Positions 8,023 through 16,035 of a stretch of DNA of 31,599 nt are shown here, in pieces; within the stretch, counting starts at the first letter, position 1, and every line of letters starts with the position of its first letter. The notes below the pieces were generated by a model. It made no database searches, was not told the DNA's origin, and saw nothing but the letters and a program-made list of their open reading frames with translations. Source of the stretch: a virus (lineage: Duplodnaviria; Caudoviricetes); IMG/VR virus record IMGVR_UViG_3300025835_000024, positions 1 through 31,599 of that record, one strand, 5' to 3'. The position numbers and the translations under genes are program-made.

Positions 8023-8940
8023 ATGGCCACCATCCTCCCATTCATCGCTGGCACGGACCTCTCGTCCAGCCAGTACCTGCTCGTCAAGAGCGACGGTACC
8101 GACTCCGAGCGAGTCATCGTTGCGACGGCCGCGAGCGACAACCAGATCGTTGGCGTCCTGGACAACGCCCCCGGCGACGAGGGCATCGCGGACGTGGTCC
8201 TGTCCGGGATCTGTAAGGTCCGTGCCGGTGGAGCCCTGGAGCCCCACGACTACATCATGTGGGGCACCGGAGGCAAGGCGGTCAAGTACGTCGCCGGATC
8301 CGGCAACATCTGCCTGGGGCGCTACATCCCGGAGGTCGCGGACGCTGGCGGCAGCAAGAGCTACCGTGACGCGGCCGCGACCGACCTGGTCACCATCGAC
8401 CTCCAGGTCGGGCTCCAGGTTGCGGACGTCAAGACCACGGCGGAGCTGGCGTCCACCGCAGGCGCCGGGCTGATCGGGATCCTTGACACCGCCACGGACT
8501 ACACGGCGACGACCGTCGAGGGTGCCCTGGCCGAGGTCAAGATCATCGCGGACGCTGCGGCCCCCAAGGCCTCCATCCGGCGGGCCGTCGGCACCGCCGG
8601 CGCGGACGCTGGCAGCAGCATGCCGGTTGCCGTCCAGATCGAGGACGGCAACGGAGCCAGCGTCGCGGCCGTGACCACGGTCCTGTGCGAGATCTTCGAC
8701 GCGGACATGATCCTGGGCCTTGCGGCCGCGTGGACCCTGGCCGAGACCGGCGTCGGCGCGGAGGTCACCGCGTCCGCACACGCCACCCTGCTGATCACGA
8801 CCGACGCCAACGGCGCCGCCACCGTGACTGTCTCGGATGTGGTTACGGGGACTAATGAGACGGTGCGTCTCAAGATGACTGTGATTCCGGGCGAGGGTGA
8901 AATCGGCCAGCCGACCTTCACCGTGTGCGACTTCAACTAA
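8023..8940 (+). CDS. Capsid decoration/cement protein (DUF2190-like) extended into a probable head fibre
   Basis: N-terminal IVGVLDN...ADVVLSGICKVRAGGAL..GGKAV beta-tulip-like pattern; GAGLIGI..TTVEGALAEV fibre-type motif; beta-rich C-terminus; immediately before MCP; GAGG RBS. Confidence 0.7.
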   Translation: MATILPFIAGTDLSSSQYLLVKSDGTDSERVIVATAASDNQIVGVLDNAPGDEGIADVVLSGICKVRAGGALEPHDYIMWGTGGKAVKYVAGSGNICLGRYIPEVADAGGSKSYRDAAATDLVTIDLQVGLQVADVKTTAELASTAGAGLIGILDTATDYTATTVEGALAEVKIIADAAAPKASIRRAVGTAGADAGSSMPVAVQIEDGNGASVAAVTTVLCEIFDADMILGLAAAWTLAETGVGAEVTASAHATLLITTDANGAATVTVSDVVTGTNETVRLKMTVIPGEGEIGQPTFTVCDFN

Positions 8941-9027
8941 TGATTTGACCCGGGCACCCCCAGGGCGCCCGGCTTCGACGTTCAACCAAGGGGGTGCCCA
9001 GTCCCCCGCCACTATATGGAGGCCCCG

Positions 9028-10053
9028 ATGGCCAACCCCTATATCTCCCCGGTCGCGGATGTGGCTCTCACCATGGTGGCGGAGAGCTGGCACGACCGAA
9101 ACGAGGCGCGATACATCGCGCCCAAGCTCCCCCAGGTGCAGGTCCGTGGCCTGCGGTCGCAGCACAGCGGCATCACGACCTACAGCCTGGCTGCCCGCGA
9201 CAACTACTTGCTCAAGGCTGGCAAGGGCCGCAGCTACCGCCCCGGCCAGGATCTGCGCCCCGCCCGCGCTCTCGGCGAGCGGTCCGTGACGATCACGTTG
9301 ACCAACGAGGCCAACGACCCGACCCCGTTCCCGCTCCCCCGCGATGGGCAGTCCAGTCGGTTCGCGGACTACAGCTCGGTGATCGCGCAGCACCTGTTCG
9401 AGCTCTACTCCCGGCGGGACCAGGCCGTGATCACGGCCATGGCCAACAACACCCTGTTTGGCGACGGCGCGGGCGGCCCGGCCTCGTGGAGTGGCACCGA
9501 CGTGCTGTCCCTCCCCGACAGCGACGGCACCCAGACCCCGATCCGGGACATCGACAAGTACATGCTCACCCTGAAGCCGTTCACCCGCCGTGGGGACCTC
9601 CGCCAGGTGGCGTGCGCGGACCTGCTCACCCTCCAGACCCTGGCCAGCAAGCCCGCCTACCACGGCGGCGGCGCGGGCAGTGGTGTGAGCGCCCGCCTCA
9701 CGAACCTGGAGATCGTGGACCGACTGAAGGCCCTCCACGGCTTCGACGAGGTCTGGATCTCCGATCTGCCCGCCGACACCGTCTTCGACGGCCAGACCTC
9801 GGCCCCGTCCCTCATGGCGACCACGCCCTTTTTCTGGATGGGCCTGGTGGCGGAGGGTAACTTCGATCTCACCAACATGATGCCCCTGAGCCTGCCGGAT
9901 GGCGCCATCGTGATGGCCCAGGAGTTCAGTCCATGGGTCGACCGGATCGAGGACCCCACGACGGAGAGCCTGCTCTACGTGGGCAAGGACGCCTTCCAGG
10001 CGGCGACGCCCCGTGCTGCCTTCGGCCGGTGCATCACGGGGAATTTCCAGTAA
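9028..10053 (+). CDS. Major capsid protein
   Basis: 341 aa from ATG 9028 with GGAGG RBS; position after scaffold/decoration; YIAPKLPQVQV, SWSGT..TPIRDID, LKALHGFDEV resemble gpE/Mu-gpT-like capsids. Confidence 0.8.
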   Translation: MANPYISPVADVALTMVAESWHDRNEARYIAPKLPQVQVRGLRSQHSGITTYSLAARDNYLLKAGKGRSYRPGQDLRPARALGERSVTITLTNEANDPTPFPLPRDGQSSRFADYSSVIAQHLFELYSRRDQAVITAMANNTLFGDGAGGPASWSGTDVLSLPDSDGTQTPIRDIDKYMLTLKPFTRRGDLRQVACADLLTLQTLASKPAYHGGGAGSGVSARLTNLEIVDRLKALHGFDEVWISDLPADTVFDGQTSAPSLMATTPFFWMGLVAEGNFDLTNMMPLSLPDGAIVMAQEFSPWVDRIEDPTTESLLYVGKDAFQAATPRAAFGRCITGNFQ

Positions 10054-10071
10054 GCCCCGTAGCTGCGGGGC
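10054..10071 (+). terminator. Small GC hairpin directly after the MCP stop
   Basis: GCCCCG-TAGCTG-CGGGGC; no U-tract, so possibly an mRNA-stabilising or partial terminator. Confidence 0.35.
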
Positions 10072-10110
10072 CGTGAGGCCCCCGGCTCGGTTCACCATGA
10101 GGGTCCGTCC

Positions 10111-10599
10111 ATGACTGCGACCGCACTCCAGACCTTCGGGATCACGAGCACCATCCTGGCGGCCTACCTGCCACAGGTGGGGTTCGAAGGCGCCGACGAC
10201 CTGTTGACCACCGCTCGGGTGGCGCAGCTCGTCGAGGACGCCAGCTCCGAGGTCTGTGGGTATCTGGTCGCGGCGGGCGTCGACGTCACAGCCTTGGCGG
10301 CGGACACCTCGTCTGGGGCCTACAAGCTCATCCAGCGCGTGATCGTGCGCCAGTCTATACCACTGGTGCTGCTGGCCATCTCTGGCAACCCAGACCAGAT
10401 CGAAGCGGCCGAAGAGCGTGCGGCCACAACGCTCAAGCGCCTCCTGGACAACCCCGCCCTGCTTGGCTACGACGACCCGGTAGGGCAGACGCCCTGCGCC
10501 CGGACGACGACCGACGACTACTCCACCCTGAGCGCCACCAACGCTGCCGTGGCGCGGGAGTGGGGCATCACGCCGACCAGTGGCCCCATCCCCTGGTAG
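10111..10599 (+). CDS. Head-tail adaptor/connector protein
   Basis: 162 aa helical protein after MCP; QLVEDASSEVCGYL resembles Mu gp36/HK97 gp6-type adaptors; GAGGG RBS. Confidence 0.6.
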   Translation: MTATALQTFGITSTILAAYLPQVGFEGADDLLTTARVAQLVEDASSEVCGYLVAAGVDVTALAADTSSGAYKLIQRVIVRQSIPLVLLAISGNPDQIEAAEERAATTLKRLLDNPALLGYDDPVGQTPCARTTTDDYSTLSATNAAVAREWGITPTSGPIPW

Positions 10600-10615
10600 G
10601 GTCCGGAGGTACACC

Positions 10616-11008
10616 ATGGCCTACAGGTCCAACGCACAAGTCAAGTCGGGCGGGGGTCTTCGGTTCGACAAGTTCCGGGCGGCCATCGGGGCCGCCCAGG
10701 CCGCCGTTGACCCTGCCAAGATGGGCAACAAGGCGAAGTTCCTCGACTTTCTCGACCGTGAGGTCGTGGCCTTTTATCGCTCTCGCGGTGGGGCGATCTC
10801 AGTCGTGACAGGCGCACTGCGTCGGGCGCTGACCGCGACGAACGACAGCGCCCGCGAGATCACGATCTCGGGCCGCACGATCAGGCTCGTGATCCTCCAC
10901 CCCGGCGCGGCCGTGTGGGGCGCCCCCAAGGTTATGCCCGTGATCGACCTCGGCAAGGTGGCTGCTGAAGCCACCCGCAAGTACCACGAGTGGGAGAAGA
11001 GCCAGTGA
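10616..11008 (+). CDS. Putative neck/tail-completion protein
   Basis: GGAGG RBS then ATG 10616; basic protein with VVTGALRRAL motif typical of HK97 gp10/virion morphogenesis-like proteins; synteny. Confidence 0.5.
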   Translation: MAYRSNAQVKSGGGLRFDKFRAAIGAAQAAVDPAKMGNKAKFLDFLDREVVAFYRSRGGAISVVTGALRRALTATNDSAREITISGRTIRLVILHPGAAVWGAPKVMPVIDLGKVAAEATRKYHEWEKSQ

Positions 11009-11625
11009 CCGCGCACGTCGCCTCATACGCCTCCGAGGTTGAGGAGCGAGCGCACTCCGTGCTCACGGACGCATGGACCGACGTCCTGGCTGCCGTCGCG
11101 GCGCGCCGGTCCCTGACCACGATCGACATCGGGCCACCCCTGACCCAGAGCACCGTGGAGCTTGGGCCGGACCTGGCCGCCCCGGTGGATGGGATGGTCG
11201 AGATCGCCCCGGCCTTCGAGGACGACGTGCGGCCGCCGCAGCGCTACCCGGCTGTCCGGGTCGCCGTGGTGGACTCGGACGAGGTCTACGGTGTCAACGC
11301 CGGCGCGGGGCGCGCCCTACACACCCTCGAGGTCCGGACGCTGGTCCGGGTGTCGAGCCGGGCCGGGACCATCGGCGCGACCAAGGGGTGGTCGGCGTCC
11401 ACGGCCAGTCTGATCTGCGGCCTGACCCACCGCATGGCGGTCTACCTACTCCAGGCGGGCCTGACCGACGACACCACCGGGATCTACAACGTCGAGTCGA
11501 CGTCCGGTGGATCTCGCGACCTGGTCCAGGGCGACGACGTCACGATCTACCGCGCCACGTCCACCCTGGGCGTCTGGCAACGCACACGCTCGGGGAGGTT
11601 TGACCACCCCGTCACCGATAGCTAG
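11005..11625 (+). CDS. Putative tail terminator protein
   Basis: GTGA overlap with upstream stop; RYPAVRVAV motif; directly upstream of tail tube. Confidence 0.5.
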   Translation: MTAHVASYASEVEERAHSVLTDAWTDVLAAVAARRSLTTIDIGPPLTQSTVELGPDLAAPVDGMVEIAPAFEDDVRPPQRYPAVRVAVVDSDEVYGVNAGAGRALHTLEVRTLVRVSSRAGTIGATKGWSASTASLICGLTHRMAVYLLQAGLTDDTTGIYNVESTSGGSRDLVQGDDVTIYRATSTLGVWQRTRSGRFDHPVTDS

Positions 11626-11636
11626 GAGGCCCTCCC

Positions 11637-12719
11637 ATGTCCACGTACAGCGAGAAAGACGGATCCGTCCGGGTCAAGGTCGAGTCGGCTTACGCTACCG
11701 ACCCCACGTTGGTTGAGAGCGACGTGGTCTACGTCGAGGAGCTCGTGGTCACGGCGCAGCGGGACGTGATCCAGCGCAAGGGCGCCAGCCCCTACCGCGC
11801 CGGTGCAAAGCCCGTCGTCGGCCCCCAGACGGCCGACTGGTCGGCCAAGGTCGAGATGACCCCGGTAGTCATCACGGCCGGCACGGACCTTCCACTGGAG
11901 GACCCGTGGCTCCAGGCCATGGGGTTCGAGGCGGTCTACGCAGCGGGGCCACCGAAGACCCGGACGTACACCCTCAAGGCGCGGCCCACCGCCTCGGTCG
12001 CGCTCGAGATGTACACCCACAACGCCGCCGATGACGACGGGTGGGGGCTCCAGCTCCTCGGCTGCCGGGCCGACGGCTCCATCGAGATGACTGGCAACGA
12101 GCGGTGGTTCCTCGCGCCGTCCGGCAAGGCCGCGTCCTTCGCGCGCTCCGACGAGGGCGCCAGGGCCGCCACGGTCTATGACTTTGACACCAACCCCCTC
12201 GTCGGGGGCGCCGGCGAGTGCCAGGTGATCGCGCTGCTCTCCGACCTGGCCGGGACGGACGAGCCCTACCCCATGACAACGGGGCGGCTCGTGAGCGCGA
12301 CCATCGCGCTCAACAACGGTGTCAACCTCAAGCGTGGGGTGTGCGGGCAGTCCGTTGGCATCGACCCCGTCGACGCGCCGACGATGGAACTGGTCCTGGA
12401 GGTCACCGACCCCAGCGACTTCGACCCGTGGCAGTACCAGGGCAACGACGCGACCGGCTCCACGCAGGTCCCGATCCTGGTTTGCATTGGCTCCCCCGAC
12501 CTGTCCTACGTCGCCACCACGGGCGTGCCAGGCGACATCGGCACCGGCGTCGCGGTTCGGTTCTACGGGTTCATCACGGCGGTCGCCGAGGGTGCCGACT
12601 CCGGCGCCAAGACCTGGACACTAAGCCTCCAGGGTGCCTGGCCCGAGGGCGCGCAGCCCGCCGGCGAGACGGCCGCCGAGGGTGTCCTGACCATCACTTA
12701 CGCGACCAAGGCCGCGTAA
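11637..12719 (+). CDS. Major tail (tube) protein
   Basis: AGGAGG RBS; N-terminal VKVESAYATDPT typical of siphovirus tube proteins; beta-rich 360 aa; precedes chaperones and TMP. Confidence 0.8.
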   Translation: MSTYSEKDGSVRVKVESAYATDPTLVESDVVYVEELVVTAQRDVIQRKGASPYRAGAKPVVGPQTADWSAKVEMTPVVITAGTDLPLEDPWLQAMGFEAVYAAGPPKTRTYTLKARPTASVALEMYTHNAADDDGWGLQLLGCRADGSIEMTGNERWFLAPSGKAASFARSDEGARAATVYDFDTNPLVGGAGECQVIALLSDLAGTDEPYPMTTGRLVSATIALNNGVNLKRGVCGQSVGIDPVDAPTMELVLEVTDPSDFDPWQYQGNDATGSTQVPILVCIGSPDLSYVATTGVPGDIGTGVAVRFYGFITAVAEGADSGAKTWTLSLQGAWPEGAQPAGETAAEGVLTITYATKAA

Positions 12720-12729
12720 CGGAGGCCCC

Positions 12730-13074
12730 ATGTTCAGTACGCTGTTCAGTTCTATCCGCGTCGAGGTCGCTCCCGGTCTTGACGCTCTCGTCATGTCGGA
12801 GCCAACCGTCGGAGTCCTCCGCGCGTTGGGTCGTGCCGTGACTGCCGCCGGAGGCAACCTGACCCCAGTGGAGGACGCCGCGCTCTGCGTGGCGCTCATG
12901 GTGACGGCGTGGGAGGGCGCGGGCGCCCCCGGCGCCGACGCCTGGCCCCCGCTCAGCCCCGAGGGCGTCGCCACGCGGCTCGCCACCGTCGACGCCTTGC
13001 CTCGAGGAGTCCTCGTGCGGCTCGGGCAGGAGTGTGGTGCGGCCCTCCGCCTGAGCGCTGCCGACTCGGACTGA
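12730..13074 (+). CDS. Tail assembly chaperone (gpG-like)
   Basis: GGAGG RBS; 114 aa between tube and TMP. Confidence 0.7.
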   Translation: MFSTLFSSIRVEVAPGLDALVMSEPTVGVLRALGRAVTAAGGNLTPVEDAALCVALMVTAWEGAGAPGADAWPPLSPEGVATRLATVDALPRGVLVRLGQECGAALRLSAADSD

Positions 13075-13469
13075 TCCGGCGTGCCGTCCGGTTGACCCGA
13101 GGGCGGCTCGCAGGGTACAAGGGGACCACAGACTGCGCGACCTGCCCGGTCAAGACCCGGTTGGGTCGCCGGTGCGACCGCCCCATGACGCGCCCCCCGC
13201 GTTGGGAGGACGCCCGGTGGGACTCATGGACGGCGGCGCTGGCACGGGTGCAGGGCCCGTCGACGTGTCCGGTCCGTTCCATCGAGGACCACCCCCTGGG
13301 GGCATGGATCGTGCAGGTCCTGGTGGACGCGCGGTCGGTCGAGCGAGGCTACCTGCTCCGGGCAGGCGGGCTGGAGGATCAGCCAGCCCGGTGGTGGGAG
13401 GCGGTGCACCTGGTGATCGCGGAGGTCGCCCGGTGTGATGCCGAGGCGGCTGAGGAGGCAGCACGATGA
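13071..13469 (+). CDS. Second tail assembly chaperone segment (gpT-like), in the -1 frame; start uncertain
   Basis: Open -1 frame overlapping the gpG-like stop; GYLLRAGGLEDQPARWWEA motif typical of pre-TMP proteins; stop overlaps TMP ATG (ATGA). Confidence 0.6.
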   Translation: MIRRAVRLTRGRLAGYKGTTDCATCPVKTRLGRRCDRPMTRPPRWEDARWDSWTAALARVQGPSTCPVRSIEDHPLGAWIVQVLVDARSVERGYLLRAGGLEDQPARWWEAVHLVIAEVARCDAEAAEEAAR

Positions 13470-15193
13470 GCAACACCCGCGAGACCCTCACGCTGGACGT
13501 CAGGGGCAATGCGGTCAAGGCCCTCGGGGCTATCGACCGCAAGCTCGATCAGGTCGCCAAGAGCGCGAGCCAGGCGACCTCCGGCCTTGGGGCCATCACG
13601 TTCGACGCGGCCAAGGGCGCGGCCTTGGGTGCGTTCGGGGCCGCCGTAGGCGCGGCGGTGCTCAGCTTCCAAAAGCTCGGCGAGGTCGTGGGGAGCTCCC
13701 TGTCCCGAGCCGTGGCGGGGTCTGAGGAAGCCACCGCAGCGTCGGCGAGGATGAGCGCCGAGTGGGAGCGCATGGAGCTCACCCTGGGCCGGGCCTTGCT
13801 CGGGCCCGACGGGGGGGCCGCCCTGTTTGAGGGGCTGGGGCAGGTGGTCGCCACGGTGACGGCGGCCATCAGTGCCAACGTGAAGTCGTTCGGCGGGGCC
13901 TTCGAATACGTGATCCCCGTCATCAAGACTGTGGCGGTGGTGGTCGCGACTATGGCGGCTGCGGGTTTTACACCACTGGCACTGACGATTGACGCCGTGG
14001 TGCTGGCTGCCACCACGTTGTACGCAGGGTTTCTTGCCCTGAAGGCGGGGGCGCGGATCGCGGAGGAGGGGCTGGTGGCGCTGTCCACGCGGCTCGGGGT
14101 CACCAGTGATGAGGACCTGGCGGCGGCGCAAGACGCGACCAAGGCCGCCGCCAAAGAGTTTGACGAGTTCAAGATCTCGTCGGCCGGGGCGACCGAGGGC
14201 CTCTGGGACCTACGTGCGGGCATCATCGGGGTCGTGGACAGCACGGGGCAGTTGATCCCCGCCCTGGACCGCACGGCGAAGCTCCTAGAGGAGAAGTACA
14301 AGGCGGCGTTCAAGGGTCGGCAGGAGCTCGCGGCGTGGCTCGACATGAGCCCCGACGAGCTCGAGGCCTACGCCGAGCTGAACCAGCAGATCAGGGACAA
14401 CACCGCGTCAATCAACGCTTACGCGAACCTCGGTCTGGAGCCGGCAAAAGGGGCGTCGGCGGGTGCGGCCGAAGCCACGGTGGAACTGTCGGAGGCCCTC
14501 GGCCTGGAGGCCACCGCCCTGCTGCGGGTGTCCTACGCGCGCGAGCAGGCCACGGCGTCCTTCATCTCGGAGCAGCAGGCGCAGGAGGAGTACAACAAGG
14601 GCCTGGAAGCATCCCTGGAATCCCGCGCCGACGCGGTGCGGGAGCTGTCAGACGCCGAGACCGCCGCCGAGGTGGCTCGACAGCAGGCCGCCGAGAAGGA
14701 CAAGAACAACCAGCGCGGAGAGCAGATCGCCTCCACCCGCGACGCGCTGAGGGGGCTGGCGGGCGACACGGCCACCCTCACAGCCAACACCCTGACCCTG
14801 GCGGCGAGCACGGCGTTGGCGGGGGGGAGCCTGGCGGGCATGGGGCAGGCGTTCGCTGCGTCCCTGGGGGACCTGTTTGTCAAGGTCGGTACGGGGCTTC
14901 TGGTCGCGGGGTCGGGACTCTCGGCCCTGTTCGAGGGCAACCCCGGTGGTGCCATCGCGTGGGGTGCCGGACTGATCGCGGTGGGTGTGGCCCTGGGGGC
15001 CATCGGCAAGGCGGGGTCGAAGGGCGCCAAGCCCTCGGCCAGCGGCGCCGCCGGCGGAGCGTCCCTGGCTCGTGCGGCCGCGCCGCAGCAGACGACCCAA
15101 CGCGACCGGTCGGAGACCGTGATCGTAGTCAACCTCGGCACTCGCGAGATCGCTCGTGAGATCCGGGACATGGGCCGGAGGGGCCAGATATGA
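13466..15193 (+). CDS. Tape measure protein (575 aa)
   Basis: Ala/Gly-rich helical protein with hydrophobic segments, N-terminal LTLDVRG and C-terminal VIVVNLGTREIAR; canonical position. Confidence 0.9.
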   Translation: MSNTRETLTLDVRGNAVKALGAIDRKLDQVAKSASQATSGLGAITFDAAKGAALGAFGAAVGAAVLSFQKLGEVVGSSLSRAVAGSEEATAASARMSAEWERMELTLGRALLGPDGGAALFEGLGQVVATVTAAISANVKSFGGAFEYVIPVIKTVAVVVATMAAAGFTPLALTIDAVVLAATTLYAGFLALKAGARIAEEGLVALSTRLGVTSDEDLAAAQDATKAAAKEFDEFKISSAGATEGLWDLRAGIIGVVDSTGQLIPALDRTAKLLEEKYKAAFKGRQELAAWLDMSPDELEAYAELNQQIRDNTASINAYANLGLEPAKGASAGAAEATVELSEALGLEATALLRVSYAREQATASFISEQQAQEEYNKGLEASLESRADAVRELSDAETAAEVARQQAAEKDKNNQRGEQIASTRDALRGLAGDTATLTANTLTLAASTALAGGSLAGMGQAFAASLGDLFVKVGTGLLVAGSGLSALFEGNPGGAIAWGAGLIAVGVALGAIGKAGSKGAKPSASGAAGGASLARAAAPQQTTQRDRSETVIVVNLGTREIAREIRDMGRRGQI

Positions 15194-16035
15194 GCCTGAC
15201 ACAGCCCGTGTTCCTGCATCCGATCACGATCCCGACGGCCTACGCCGGCGCCGGGGCGCTGTTGACCCTCAACGCTGCGCCGGTCACCCTCGCTGCGGGC
15301 ACGTACTACTGGGCCGAGACCGAGGGTTCGGCCGGGAGCTTCAACGCGGCTCTGGTCACCGCGCTCAACGCCGCCATGGCGGGCACATGGACGGTGCGCT
15401 TCGGCGCGACGTTCCGGCTCACGATCGCGTACACCGGCGCTTCCACGCCCACCACACTGGCCTTCGTCGCGCCGACCGTGCTCGGGCTTGGGATGCTCGG
15501 GGGCGCGGAGGACCCGGAGTCGACGAGTTCCGCCAGCTTCACCGCGAAGTCCTGGACGGGGGCGTGGGACTGCCGGTGGATGTGGCGGCCCGTCGAGTGG
15601 ATCATCGACGACCGCACCATGCCCCGTGCGGCGGTGGTCGTCGCCCGGAGCCCTTTTGACGGGACGGCGACGATCGACGACTACGGCGCCTGGGACGAGC
15701 GGACCCTGCGCCTGGAGGGCGTCCGGGGGGCCTACGTCTTTGACTGGGCGGCTGGACGCTCGCCCTTCTACGTCGAGGCCGGATCGGGCTCGGCGCTGGT
15801 CAACAACACCCTGGAGACCTTCTGGCGCGACGCGCGCCGCTTGTCCTCGGCGCCGGGGACGATCCGGTACCTGGCCAACGGTCAGGACGACTTCGGCGCG
15901 TACGAGTGGGAGGGCCTGGTCTGGAGCGACCCGGAGCAGCTCGGCAACCTGGCTGAGTGCCTTGAGGAACTGAACCCGTCGCCGTTGCTGTACACCGTGA
16001 CCCTGCGCCTGCTCGACACGGGGGTGGCATCATGA
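15190..16035 (+). CDS. Putative distal tail/tail-tip protein
   Basis: ATGA-coupled to TMP; beta-rich 281 aa; synteny only. Confidence 0.55.
   Translation: MSLTQPVFLHPITIPTAYAGAGALLTLNAAPVTLAAGTYYWAETEGSAGSFNAALVTALNAAMAGTWTVRFGATFRLTIAYTGASTPTTLAFVAPTVLGLGMLGGAEDPESTSSASFTAKSWTGAWDCRWMWRPVEWIIDDRTMPRAAVVVARSPFDGTATIDDYGAWDERTLRLEGVRGAYVFDWAAGRSPFYVEAGSGSALVNNTLETFWRDARRLSSAPGTIRYLANGQDDFGAYEWEGLVWSDPEQLGNLAECLEELNPSPLLYTVTLRLLDTGVAS

Noticed and set aside
8951-8999. GGGCACCCC/GGGGTGCCC inverted repeat upstream of the capsid gene as a riboswitch or ncRNA
   Set aside because: Only a 9-bp GC stem with no recognisable family features; at most an mRNA processing/stability hairpin
7954-10617. 887-aa minus-strand ORF and other long antisense/alternate-frame ORFs (e.g. 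3528-5090, 18182-19780, 27389-28594, 28275-29414)
   Set aside because: Shadow ORFs expected at high GC3; they overlap well-supported genes and show no motifs
8046-13995. Other TGGCAC hexamers (e.g. near 8049, 9088, 9492, 13240, 13976) as sigma54 sites
   Set aside because: Lack GC at the required -12 spacing and are intragenic
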